DNA of 64,000 nucleotides from an uncultured Chloroflexia bacterium (GTDB lineage: Bacteria; Chloroflexota; Anaerolineae; B4-G1; SLSP01): the NCBI GenBank assembly GCA_963751345.1, contig CAVVUS010000010.1:128001-192000 (forward strand). Reading direction: 5' to 3'. Below the pieces are notes generated by a model that worked only from the letters and a program-made list of their open reading frames with translations, had not been told where the DNA came from and made no database searches. Made by a program: the position numbers and the translations under genes. Below are positions 9,393-19,984 of this stretch, piece by piece (position 1 is the first letter of the stretch; each line of letters starts with the position of its first letter).

Positions 9393-10670
9393 CTATGGCT
9401 TCGCCTCGGCCGCCACGCGTCGCTCCTCACGTACGCTTGCCCCTCCGCTTCCTCGCCCATATGAACGTGGCGTGACATTCCCGCTCGCCGGCAGCCGCAG
9501 CACGGCCAATCCGGCCAGCGCCATCACGACCCCGCCCACGAAGAGCGGCGCACGCCGCGATATCGTGTCACTCATCCACCCGCCGATGCTCGGACCCGTC
9601 GCACCCGCGAGCGAGACCGCCATAGCGTCCAGCCCAAACGCCGTCCCGACCCGCCCCTCGGGCGCCATCCGGCCGATATAGGAGCTGATCACCGCCAGTG
9701 TCCCACCGATGCCGAGGCCCAGGAGGAACTGCCCGGCCACGAGCAGCCAGTAGGTCGGCGCCAGTCCCTGGACGATCATCGCCGCGGCAGCCAGCATCGC
9801 ACTGCCAATCAGCAGCGTCCGGCTGTTGCCGCGGTCCGCCCATCGGCCTATCGTGGGTGCCGCCAATGCGCTGCTGATGCCCGACACCGTCGCCAGCAGC
9901 CCTGAGGCCGACCCCAACAGCGTGCTTCCCGGCATCAGGTCCTGGACGATCAGGGGCATCGTCGGCGACGTGAGCCGCAGTCCCACCCGTAGGGCGAACC
10001 GTAGCCCCAACACCAGCCCCAGCAGTGACCCGGCGAAGATGGTGGAGAAGTCCTGACGCATCCTGCTGAAGAACCTTCCTTCGGTCGCGCCCTCCACCGG
10101 CGTGAATTCCTCGTGCACCAGAAAGAGGATCAGGCCCCCTGCCACGATGAGGTAGGCGCCTGTGAGCCAGAAGGTGGCGCGGTAGCCCAACGTGTCGGCG
10201 ACAAACCCGCCGGTCATCGGCCCGAAGGCCTGTCCCAGGAAGATCGCAAGCTGTAACTTGCCCAGCGTCTCGCCCAAGCGCTCCTTGGGCGTGTTGCTGG
10301 CTACCAACGCCGTCGCCGCGGTCACCGTGCCCGTCAGCGCTCCCTGGATCAGCCTGAGCCCCGCGAACTGCCACACATTCTGCGAAAAGCCCTGCAGCCC
10401 GATGATAATGGCACCGCCGAACATCGCGCGCATGATCATCACCTTGCGCCCGTGGCGGTCGCCCAATGCGCCCCAGATCGGCCCGAGTATCCCCATGCTG
10501 ATCGACGACACCGCGATCACAATCCCACTCCACCGCGCGACCAGATCGGTGGGCACGCCCAAATACTGGATGAAATATGCGTAAATGGGGGAGGTCGAGG
10601 AAAATCCCATAATGGCCAATAACTCTGCTATCCAGACAACCGTAAGGTTGCGTCGCCACTTCGTCATCAA
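9393..10670 (-). CDS. MFS transporter (DHA1 / MdtG-like)
   Basis: About 12 hydrophobic segments with motif A WGALGDRHGRK. Confidence 0.9.
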   Translation of the reverse strand: MMTKWRRNLTVVWIAELLAIMGFSSTSPIYAYFIQYLGVPTDLVARWSGIVIAVSSISMGILGPIWGALGDRHGRKVMIMRAMFGGAIIIGLQGFSQNVWQFAGLRLIQGALTGTVTAATALVASNTPKERLGETLGKLQLAIFLGQAFGPMTGGFVADTLGYRATFWLTGAYLIVAGGLILFLVHEEFTPVEGATEGRFFSRMRQDFSTIFAGSLLGLVLGLRFALRVGLRLTSPTMPLIVQDLMPGSTLLGSASGLLATVSGISSALAAPTIGRWADRGNSRTLLIGSAMLAAAAMIVQGLAPTYWLLVAGQFLLGLGIGGTLAVISSYIGRMAPEGRVGTAFGLDAMAVSLAGATGPSIGGWMSDTISRRAPLFVGGVVMALAGLAVLRLPASGNVTPRSYGRGSGGASVREERRVAAEAKP

Positions 10671-10736
10671 GCGCCTACTCCCAATCGTATAAGGTGGGTC
10701 ACAGTATAGTCCAACTCACAGATTGAATCGATGCGA

Positions 10737-13181
10737 TCAATCGCCACGTGTAATCGTCAGCTCGGCGAGCCGCACCGCGTTGTCCGTCACGGTCCCCGGC
10801 TCACCTACCACCGGCAGCCGCACCCCATCCAGCAGCCCGTACATCCCCACCTCGATGGTGTAGGTGCCCGGCGGCGCGTTTGGGTCCACCGGGAGCAGAT
10901 ACGCATCGGCGATCACCGCGCCCGGCGCCCACAACGTCGTCGGCGCCTGCCCGCCCGCCGGCTCATTGTCCTGCTGCCCCCACAGGAAGGTGCCCGTCTC
11001 GGCGTTGAACGTTTCCCCCAGCAGATGCGCGAAGACCTTGTAGCGCGCCCCGACGGGCGCCTCAGCCTGCCAGTAGAGCGTCAGCGGCACGCGGTCGCCC
11101 GCGGTCACCTCGGTCCTGGGCAGCGCATAGCCGATCAAGCGGATCTTGTCACCGAAACGGTAGTCGACCGTGGTGGGGATCGCCTCCGGCGCGGTCGCTG
11201 CCCCCGCGGCTTTGCGCACCAGCGTGAAGGTGCCGACCGGGGTGGCGGCGGTGCCCGGCACGACGACGCTGAGCCGGTAGGCGCCGCCGCTCAGATTGGG
11301 CGTCAGGGGGATGTCGACCTGGTTTCGCACGATGTTGGTCGTCGCCATCATGGGGGGCACGGGGAAGCGCAGTTCATCCGTGCCGTTGCTCGCCAGGACC
11401 TCGGCCCCATCCGGCAGCGGCGGAATCCAATAGAGCCCCAGGTGCACGGTGTCTCCCGTGCTGTAGCGCGGCAGCGGCACGGACGCGCCCACCAGGCCGT
11501 ACGACGTCGTGACATCCGCCGGCACGATGTACCCCGGCACCACCATCTCGTGGACCGGCACACGGTCAGGCGTACGCGTGTAAAAGGTCAGCGAAGCCTC
11601 GCCGCTGACCACGGTCTGCGACATCACCGAGTGTGCCGCCAGCCACTGCGGCACCGCCTGTGCCGGATCGGTTTGCAGCGACTCCGGCGTCGAGACCAGC
11701 CAGATGGCCGCGGTCTGCTCCCATATCGGCTGGAGCAATGCCTCCGTCACCGCCGGGTCGCTCAAGGCCGCGCCATAGGCCAGGTCCGTCCGCGGCCCGG
11801 CATAGTGCGCCGTGAAGATCGGCCAATCCCGGTCGACGTAGAGCACGACCGCCTCGTCGACGCGCCGCTGGGCGTTCAGAACCTCCGCAATCGTGACGTA
11901 GTCATCGTGCTGCGTCCGCCCCGGATAGTAGCTCAGCAGCCCGGCAACGGCGGCAGCCATTCCCATTCCGGCGGCACCCACCGCCAGCCAGCGACCCGGA
12001 CCGAACCGGCGCCTGGTGCCGGCCCACAGCGCATCGATGCCCCACGCCAGCAGTGTCACATAACAGGCCGCCAGGGGCAGCAGATACCGTGGCACCAGCG
12101 GGCGCGAGAAGGCGAACCTCAGCCCCGGCAGCGACACGATCGCGACGACGGTGGGCGGGAGCACCAATCCTGCCACCAGCATCGCAAGTCCGCCCACTCT
12201 GCTCTCCACTTGCCCTTCCGTGTTCTCGTAGAGACGCCCCGGCGGGGCGTCTCCGGACGCGCGATGCCGTGTCGGCGGAGTACCGCCGCCGAAGACGGGC
12301 CGCCGGCCCGTCTCTACAGCCACCGCCACCAGCCCCACCGCCAACCCCGCGAACGCTCCGACGACCCAAACGGCGTTCGCATCCAGATCGAGTGGATTTC
12401 CCACTGCCAGGATCGTCCCGTAGAGCTGGACGAAGAACCCCAGCGTGTAGGGCGCATCGCTCGACCACGCGTGCATACGGGGCAAGGCATAGAGCGCCCA
12501 CGGCAAAAAGAGCGCGACGACCGCCACCTGGGCCGTCACCCAAGTCCAGACCCGCGTCGCTTTACCCTGGCGACGCCGCTGCCACCAGAACGCCAGGAAC
12601 CCCACGTTCGTCACGACAGGCACCGTCGCCGTCAGATAGAGCGAGGCCAGACTCCCCAACGTGGTCGCAACGTACGCGCCCCACGCTACCCACCGGCGGC
12701 GCGGGCCCGCGGCACTCGTTCGCCACAGCCACACCGCCGACCACAATGACCCCGTCGCCAGCATCGCCGCCAGCGCGTACATCCGGATTTCCTGCGACCA
12801 CCAGATCGAGAACCGCGACACTGCCAGCAGCCCTGCAGCCAGGATCCCGGTTCGCGATCCGCCCAGCGCCTTCCCCAACCGGTACACCAGCGGCACCGTA
12901 AGCAGGCTAAAGATCGCGGAGAGAAAGCGCAGGGAAAACTCACCCTCGCCGGCTACGGCCCGCCAGCCGTGCAGGAGGACGTAGTACAGGGGCGGGTGCA
13001 CGTCACCGGCCGTCCACCGGATCGCTTCCGGGATCGGCATCCGGGAGAGCCAGACGCCGATGCCCTCGTCCCACCAGATATTGTGATCCGCCAATCCCCA
13101 CACACGCAGCACAAACGCCACGAGCAAGATGGGGATCAGCGTCCGAGTATTGAGATTCCTTCGACGCCGTCTAGGGTGCAC
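10737..13181 (-). CDS. Membrane glycosyltransferase, GT39 / PMT / ArnT-like
   Basis: IWWDE, DVHPPLYY, EFSLRFLS and SQEIRMY motifs, with C-terminal LYW...YKVFAHL...WGQQD domains. The GTG start at 13181 is inferred from an upstream GGGGGA. Confidence 0.85.
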   Translation of the reverse strand: MHPRRRRRNLNTRTLIPILLVAFVLRVWGLADHNIWWDEGIGVWLSRMPIPEAIRWTAGDVHPPLYYVLLHGWRAVAGEGEFSLRFLSAIFSLLTVPLVYRLGKALGGSRTGILAAGLLAVSRFSIWWSQEIRMYALAAMLATGSLWSAVWLWRTSAAGPRRRWVAWGAYVATTLGSLASLYLTATVPVVTNVGFLAFWWQRRRQGKATRVWTWVTAQVAVVALFLPWALYALPRMHAWSSDAPYTLGFFVQLYGTILAVGNPLDLDANAVWVVGAFAGLAVGLVAVAVETGRRPVFGGGTPPTRHRASGDAPPGRLYENTEGQVESRVGGLAMLVAGLVLPPTVVAIVSLPGLRFAFSRPLVPRYLLPLAACYVTLLAWGIDALWAGTRRRFGPGRWLAVGAAGMGMAAAVAGLLSYYPGRTQHDDYVTIAEVLNAQRRVDEAVVLYVDRDWPIFTAHYAGPRTDLAYGAALSDPAVTEALLQPIWEQTAAIWLVSTPESLQTDPAQAVPQWLAAHSVMSQTVVSGEASLTFYTRTPDRVPVHEMVVPGYIVPADVTTSYGLVGASVPLPRYSTGDTVHLGLYWIPPLPDGAEVLASNGTDELRFPVPPMMATTNIVRNQVDIPLTPNLSGGAYRLSVVVPGTAATPVGTFTLVRKAAGAATAPEAIPTTVDYRFGDKIRLIGYALPRTEVTAGDRVPLTLYWQAEAPVGARYKVFAHLLGETFNAETGTFLWGQQDNEPAGGQAPTTLWAPGAVIADAYLLPVDPNAPPGTYTIEVGMYGLLDGVRLPVVGEPGTVTDNAVRLAELTITRGD
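12228..12317. repeat. GTAG-type REP doublet inserted in frame within the GT39 gene
   Basis: GTAGAGACGCCCCGGCGGGGCGTCT...AGACGGGCCGCCGGCCCGTCTCTAC, 90 bp, with the same ends as 4493-4584. Confidence 0.82.
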
Positions 13182-13256
13182 ACGCCAAAGTATCCCCCGA
13201 ACGGGGCGATTCGGCAAGGTTAGCAGGCTGCTTGCCCATGCAGGTGGCTCGCCGGT

Positions 13257-13291
13257 AACCTTGCGAAGGTTTCCGAAACCTTCGCAAGGTT
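13257..13291. repeat. Nested palindromic repeat, copy 1
   Basis: AACCTTGCGAAGGTTT-CCG-AAACCTTCGCAAGGTT, a perfect 16-bp inverted repeat. Confidence 0.8.
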
Positions 13292-13427
13292 GGGGACGCG
13301 TAGATACGGTTGCCTTGATACGGTCGTTTGCATCTCCGCCACACGATCCTACAATCAACGCCATCCCGAAGCCTCTCCATCTGTAACTGATAGCTGCCAA
13401 CCGAAAACTGTAAACTGCCGATATCCG

Positions 13428-14468
13428 ATGAAAGGCATCGCACACTTCCTCACCGGCATCGCGCTGGCTACCTGCTTTCCGGCTGTCGTTGCCCAGGCAC
13501 GACAGGGATCGCTGCTGCCGGTCCTGGCCGGTGTCGGGGCGATGTTGCCCGACCTCCTCGATTTCCGCTTTGTCCGCTACCTCGTGAGATATGATGCTGA
13601 GATCGACCCCGGGCCTGTGCCCGATGCGGCGACGGCGAAAACCGCTGCAGCGTCCGTGGCCGGCGCCCTGGCGCGCACGATGCGCGACGCCTTCGAGCGT
13701 GGGACGCCCCAACGCGTCATTGCCCACACCCTTCGGCTGGGCGCCGACCTTTGGCGTCGTTACACGATTTGCTTTGAGCCCGAGCGGGGAGAGGTCGCCG
13801 TCAGGATGGGGCCGCTCATCAACACCGGCGGGGTCGACACTCCCGGAACCCTCCCGCCCGATGCCATAGCGGCGCGCCGGCTGGGGATCCCGCTTTCCGA
13901 CAGCTACAGCCGCTGCTATGACGTGGGTGCCTTCACCGGGCCGAGTTTCACCTTTGCGCGCGAGGGCGATACGCTGGCCATCCATTTCCTTGACTGGCAC
14001 CACGGCTGGACGCACAGCCTGCCCTTGGCGGTCCTCGCCGGGCTTGTCGCCGGCGCGCTGGTGGGGTTGGCGTGGGGGGAGGCTGCCGGTCGATGGAGCG
14101 GGCTCCTGGTGGCCATGGGCGCCGCCGCGCACGCCGTGGAGGACCAACTCGGCTATATGGGCTGTGGCCTGGCGTGGCCCATGATCCGCAGACGCCTGCC
14201 CGGCCTCCGGCTGTTGCACGCAAGCGAGGCCGTGCCCAACTTCCTCGTCGTCTGGACGTCACTTGCCCTGATCCTCTTCAACCTGGACCGATTTGGCGGA
14301 CCGGGGCTGCTCCCGCTGGGGCCCTACGTGCTGCTTGCGATCGTCTTGCCCTGGCTGATCCTCGGCAGCCTCCATCTCGCGCGGCGGCGCCGTGCCACCG
14401 CTGAGCCTGCCCTATCCCCCACCGCCGATGCCGAACGTCTCGCCGAGGCCGGCGGCCTCGGCCAATGA
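13428..14468 (+). CDS. Membrane-bound metal-dependent hydrolase (YdjM / DUF457-like)
   Basis: MKGIAH, LPDLLD, HHGWTHSL and H..ED motifs. Confidence 0.78.
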   Translation: MKGIAHFLTGIALATCFPAVVAQARQGSLLPVLAGVGAMLPDLLDFRFVRYLVRYDAEIDPGPVPDAATAKTAAASVAGALARTMRDAFERGTPQRVIAHTLRLGADLWRRYTICFEPERGEVAVRMGPLINTGGVDTPGTLPPDAIAARRLGIPLSDSYSRCYDVGAFTGPSFTFAREGDTLAIHFLDWHHGWTHSLPLAVLAGLVAGALVGLAWGEAAGRWSGLLVAMGAAAHAVEDQLGYMGCGLAWPMIRRRLPGLRLLHASEAVPNFLVVWTSLALILFNLDRFGGPGLLPLGPYVLLAIVLPWLILGSLHLARRRRATAEPALSPTADAERLAEAGGLGQ

Positions 14469-14534
14469 TCCACCATCCTTGATCGCCAGGGTGCGGGCAG
14501 GCCACCCGCAGAGGTAATGGGATGTTCGCGACGA

Positions 14535-14567
14535 ACCTTGCGAAGGTCCCAGAAGCCTTCGCAAGGT
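14535..14567. repeat. Nested palindromic repeat, copy 2
   Basis: ACCTTGCGAAGGT-CCCAGAA-GCCTTCGCAAGGT. Confidence 0.75.
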
Positions 14568-14648
14568 AAGCGTATCTGAAATGCGATAGCCCTGCCTTGT
14601 TCCTTTCGTTCCCCTCGCCTTGGTCCTCCACGTGGTATAATCCGACCC

Positions 14649-15698
14649 GTGAACGTCTATCACCCCCCATGGCTTCGCCGGAGGCAGGTCCGTGTCCCGG
14701 TGGTCGCGGGAGCCCTTGTCATCGGTCTATTGCTTGCCCTGAGCGCCTGCGACGGCATCCTGACCCCACCGCCCACGTCTACGCCGACCCCGGCGTCGAC
14801 GTCGGCCCGCGGTCTGGCGACGCCCACCATCTCCCCCGCGATCTACCTGACGCCGATCCCACCGACGCCCACGTTCACGCCATCGCCCACCCCCACGCCC
14901 GTCGTACACGTCGTCACCAGTGGCGATACCTTGTTCGGGATCGCGCTGGACTACGGGGTCAGTGTCGATGCCCTGGTGCGTGTGAATGGCCTCGACGAAG
15001 AGGCATTTCTGAGCATTGGCCAGGTCCTGATCATCCCGCTGGAGACAGAGGATGAACTCGTCGATGACGGTATGCAGGCACCGCAGGGCAACGTGATCCT
15101 GCCCACGCCCACGCCGGTGGGTCTTTCCGTCACCGGCATCTCGCTCTTTCACACGCCGGTCGGCGGGATCTGGTGCATGGGTGAGATCCTGAATACCACC
15201 GGGGATCCGGTGACCAACCTCCAGGTGGAGGTGACCCTGCTGGCGCCTGACGATACACCGCTGATGACGGCCCGCGCCTTGGCCGCAGCCGACTACCTAG
15301 CGCCCCAGGAGCGGGCCCCCTTCTCGGTGCTCTTCAAGAACCCGCCCGACGGCGTCGTGGACGCCGAAGTGAACCTGCTGCGTGGGGAGGCCATCAGCCC
15401 GATCACGTCGGACTTCGTGCCGGTGCAGGTCGTAGGCGCGGAGGGGAGCGTCTCCGGCCCACAATACCGCGTCCGGGGCACACTGCGCAATGACAGTGAG
15501 CAGGCCCTCACCCGTGTCGCCGTCGTCGCCACGATCTACAACGCCGACGGTGCCGTGGTCGGGTACCGCGAACTCGTCATGCCCGACGACTTCGTGCTGG
15601 GCCCCGGCGCCGAGCAGCCCTTCGACCTCTTGCTCACGCCGCAGGAAGTCACGCCCCCCTCCGGCTTTGGTGCCATCGCCTGGGGCGTCGCCGGCTGA
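14649..15698 (+). CDS. LysM-domain lipoprotein with C-terminal FxLYD-like domains
   Basis: LLALSAC lipobox, PT-rich linker, LysM HVVTSGDTLFGIALDYGVSVDALVRVNGL and GEILN/GTLRN beta domains. Confidence 0.82.
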   Translation: MNVYHPPWLRRRQVRVPVVAGALVIGLLLALSACDGILTPPPTSTPTPASTSARGLATPTISPAIYLTPIPPTPTFTPSPTPTPVVHVVTSGDTLFGIALDYGVSVDALVRVNGLDEEAFLSIGQVLIIPLETEDELVDDGMQAPQGNVILPTPTPVGLSVTGISLFHTPVGGIWCMGEILNTTGDPVTNLQVEVTLLAPDDTPLMTARALAAADYLAPQERAPFSVLFKNPPDGVVDAEVNLLRGEAISPITSDFVPVQVVGAEGSVSGPQYRVRGTLRNDSEQALTRVAVVATIYNADGAVVGYRELVMPDDFVLGPGAEQPFDLLLTPQEVTPPSGFGAIAWGVAG

Positions 15699-15729
15699 CC
15701 CGCGCTCCCCGCCTCGACTCAAAACGATG

Positions 15730-15758
15730 TTGACGCTTCCTTCTAACTATGCTATAAT
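15730..15758 (+). promoter_or_regulatory. sigma70 promoter for rpoB
   Basis: TTGACG-17bp-TATAAT with an extended TG. Confidence 0.8.
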
Positions 15759-15863
15759 GCCCTGTCGCATATCTTAGGCTTTGTGGGATTGTTTTTCGAC
15801 ACGGGTACGCCCCAAGCACACTCTCAGGGATCTCGAAAGTATCCCAGGAGGGAAGGGTAGAGA

Positions 15864-18800
15864 ATGTCAGTAGCAGACCTTGGCGTTAAATCTTACGCTC
15901 GTATTGCTAGCGCATTGCCGCTACCGGGTCTTGTAGAGATGCAGTTGCAGTCCTATGGATGGCTGCAAGAGGAGGGATTGTACGAGCTGTTTGACGAGGT
16001 TTCACCGATCGACAGCTTCAATGGCCTTCTGAGTTTGTACCTGCCCGGCCTGAAGGCCAAGGAGGCAGGTTTCAACCTGAAGTATCGCTTCGGCGAGCCG
16101 AAGCACGATCAGCAGGAATGCCTGGAGCGCGATCTCACGTTCGCCGGTCCTTTGTACGTGCAGGTTGCGCTTGTCAATCGAGAGACGAGTGAGATCGTCG
16201 AGCAGGAGATCTTCTTGGGCGATCTCCCGCTGATGACCGAGCACGCGACGTTCATTATCAATGGGACTGAGCGTGTCGTGGTCAGCCAGTTGATTCGGTC
16301 TCCGGGCGTCTATTTCGGTCTTGAGGAAGATGCCGGGCGGCGGCTGGCCAGCGCGAAGCTGATTCCCGACCGCGGTGCCTGGATGGAGTTCGAGACCCGC
16401 AAGTCCGGATATCTCACCCTGCGGTTCAACCGCAAGCGCACCATTCCGGTCACTATCTTCCTGCGCGCGCTCGCTGCCGTGGATGACCCTTTGCACGGCG
16501 ATCTGTTGACCGTGGGCGAGGACGATGAGCTCATCGAGCTCTTCCGAGAAGCCGACAACGACCCCGATCATCCCTGGATTTCGGACACGATTCGTCAGGA
16601 ACCCACGTGGGATCTGAAGGCCGGCCGCAGTGTCGCACAAGAGGCCTTGATTGAGTTCTACCGCCGCATGCGCCCTGGCGATCCTCCCACGCTGGAGAAC
16701 GCCGAGGAATACATGGTCTCGCAGCTCTTCGATCCTCAGCGCTATAACCTGCAAGAGGTGGGACGCTACAAGCTCAACCAGCGCATGCAGATCACCGTCC
16801 CGATGTCTATCCGGACGATCACGAAGGATGACTTCGTTGCGTTGGTTCGGCGGATGATTCACATCAATAACGGGGTTGCAGGTCCGGACGATATGGACCA
16901 CCTCGGAAATCGTCGTGTCAAGACGGTAGGTGAGCTGGTCCAGGCGAAGATTCGCATTGGACTAGTCCGTATGGAGCGGGTCGTTCGGGAGCGTATGAGC
17001 ATCCGGGATGAATCCCCGACGCCCGTGAGCCTGATCAATATCCGTCCTGTGGTGGCCTCGATTCGCGAATTCTTCGGTTCGAGCCAGCTTTCGCAGTTCA
17101 TGGAGCAGACCAATCCTCTCTCCAGCCTGACGCACAAGCGCACGCTCTCCGCGTTGGGTCCGGGCGGTCTGCGACGTGAGCGCGCGGGCTTTGATGTGCG
17201 CGATGTGCACCACAGCCACTACGGTCGTATTTGTCCCATCGAGACGCCTGAGGGACCCAATATCGGTCTCATCGGCCGACTCAGCACGTACGGTCGCGTC
17301 AACGACCTTGGGTTTATCGAGACCCCTTATCGGCGCGTGATCCGCACCGTGCCGAACACCGTCGATCAGCTGACCGGTGAGATTCTGCGCGAGGACCTCG
17401 AGAACCCTGAGACGGGTGAGGTCGTAGCGACTGCCGGTGCGACGATTACGCCGGAGTTGGCGGAGACCATTGCGGCCATGTCGTTACAGGATCCGGTGCG
17501 GATCAAACCACGTGTCACCGAGGAGATCACCTACCTCTCGGCAGATCGGGAGGAGCCCTACACGATCGCTCAGGCCAATGCCTCACTGGACACAAACGGG
17601 CGCTTTCTCGACGATCGTGTCGTGTCCCGCAAGGGTGACGGCTATACTTTCGCGCCTCCGGATCGTATCGACTATATCGATGTCGCGCCGATCCAGATGG
17701 TCGGTGTGTCCGCGGCGTTGATCCCGTTCCTGGAGCACGACGACGCGAACCGTGCGTTGATGGGATCGAACATGCAGCGCCAGGCTGTGCCGCTGATCAG
17801 TCCTCAAGCACCCATCGTGGGCACGGGGATTGAGCGGGCTGCAGCCCTCAACTCGGGGTTGGTCATCACCTCACGCGAAGCAGGCACCGTGCTGAGTGCC
17901 TCGGGTGACCGTGTGGTTGTCCTTCAGGACGATGGTGAGACCGCCACCTACACCCTGCAGAAATACTGCGCGGTCGAACCAGAGTACGTGCATCGACCAG
18001 CGTCTGGCTGTGGTCAAGGGCCAACGTGTTGAGGCCGGCGACGTCCTTGCAGACAGCTCCTCGACAGAGGATGGACAGCTCGCCCTGGGACAAAACGTCC
18101 TCGTGGCGTTTATGTCGTGGGAGGGCGGTAACTTCGAGGACGCGATTTTGCTGAGTGAAGACCTGGTCCGCAAGGATCAGTTCACCTCCGTGCACGTAGA
18201 GAAACACGAGCTTGCCGCTCGGGATACCAAACTGGGTCCCGAAGAGGTCACGCGCGAGATCCCCAATGTGTCGGAGGAGGCGCTTCGCGATCTCGACGAA
18301 GAGGGTATCGTTCGTATCGGCGCCGAAGTCGGCCCGCTGGACGTGCTCGTAGGCAAGATCACGCCCAAGGGTGAGAAGGAGCTTACGCCTGAGGAGAAAC
18401 TGCTCCGGGCAATCTTCGGTGAGAAGCTGCGCGACGTCAAGGATACCAGCTTGCGGATGCCGCACGGTGCTCACGGCAAGGTTGTGGATGTCAAGGTGTT
18501 TGATCGCGAGGAGTATCGTGATCTGCCCGCAGGTGTGGAGAAGGTAGTTCGCGTCAACGTGGTCCAACGACGCAAGATCACCGAGGGCGACAAGATGGCC
18601 GGTCGTCACGGCAACAAGGGGGTCATCTCCCAGATCGTGCCGATCGAGGATATGCCTTTCCTGGCGAGTGGTCGCGCGATTGACATCATCCTCAATCCGC
18701 TGGGTGTGCCGGGCCGGATGAATATCGGACAGGTACTGGAGACCCATCTTGGTTGGGCGGCACATCGGCTTGGATTCAGCACGGTGACGCCTGTCTTCGA

Positions 18801-19770
18801 CGGGGCGAATGAGCAGGAGATCGCAGCGGAGTTGGCACGGGCTTGGTTGATAGATCAGGCCTGGGATGACATTACGGAGCAGACCTGGACGTGGTTGAAG
18901 GCACAGGAGTATCCGTTGGAGTCGCTCGTCGATGACGAAGAGGCCCGGCTGATTTACGTTGCTTCGTGGTTAGCACCCAAGGGTTATGATGTGGATCGGC
19001 TCCGCGATGACAGGATCTATGCACGGCGCTCTGTGCTCCGTGAGTGGCTCCTGGATTTTGGTTACGATCCTGACGCCCTGCTTTCGTTCGAAAACGATGG
19101 GCGGTCCGTGCCCGAACGCCAGGCTGCTGATCACAGAGCGCAGGCGGTCTGCCTACGTCTGTGGATGGAAGCCCATGGAGAGGATGTTCAGGATCAGTCG
19201 GACGATGACGTGATCCTGCTGGCGACACAGTACAGTCAAGAGCACGACGAAGCTCTGCCGACGTTGGGTAAGATGATCTTGTACAACGGGAAGACGGGTG
19301 AGCCCTTCGATCAGCCGGTGACGGTAGGCATCATCTATATGATGAAGCTCGCGCACCTGGTCGAGGATAAGGTTCATACGCGGTCGACGGGCCCGTACTC
19401 GTTGGTGACCCAGCAGCCTCTGGGCGGCAAGGCGCAGTTCGGTGGTCAGCGCTTCGGAGAGATGGAGGTATGGGCGCTCGAGGCCTATGGCGCAGCCTAC
19501 ACTCTGCAGGAGATGCTGACGATCAAGTCGGACGACGTGCAAGGCCGTGTCAAGGCGTATGAGTCGATCGTGAAGGGCCTGCCGATCGAGGAACCGGGGA
19601 TCCCTGCTTCGTTCAAGGTGCTGGTTAAAGAGCTGCAGAGCTTGGCGCTTTCGGTGGAGGCTGTGACTGACTCCGGCGAGGTGCTGCACTTTGGTCGTGA
19701 CGACCGTCGTGCCCAGCTTCCGAAGTTGGGGATGGGCTTGCTTGGGTTGACACCGCAGAATGTGCGTTAG
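15864..19770 (+). CDS. rpoB: RNA polymerase beta subunit, single +1 frameshift near 17967 (probable sequencing error)
   Basis: [34 protein letters not shown] and GGQRFGEME. The two ORFs join at [12 protein letters not shown]. Confidence 0.97.
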
Positions 19771-19782
19771 GGATTCGAGGAG

Positions 19783-19810
19783 TTGACCTATTCAGGCTTT
19801 ATGGTAGAAT
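19783..19810 (+). promoter_or_regulatory. sigma70 promoter for the str operon
   Basis: TTGACC-16bp-TAGAAT with an extended TG. Confidence 0.7.
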
Positions 19811-19984
19811 TCCCATTCGCTTACGGGTGGCAGCCACATCTCCTGTCATCTACATAAGGAACGTTACGCGGTCGACAACGAGGAGGCCATCGCAGCGAAG
19901 ATGGCCTTCTTCACTGCGAAAAAGGGAAACGCCCTGGTGAGGGCGGGCCTTGAGGAAGGGCTAGACCTAATTTAGGAGGAAAAA

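Noticed and set aside
10737-14219. 1160-aa ORF as one giant protein
   Set aside because: The first 346 or so codons are antisense to the real hydrolase gene and cross a palindrome-containing intergenic region. GT39 similarity starts only near 13150.
17896-18032. Naturally split RpoB or a programmed frameshift
   Set aside because: One extra base in LQKY/ARSN restores the frame. There is no slippery run or RBS for a second subunit, and many similar indels occur elsewhere in the window.
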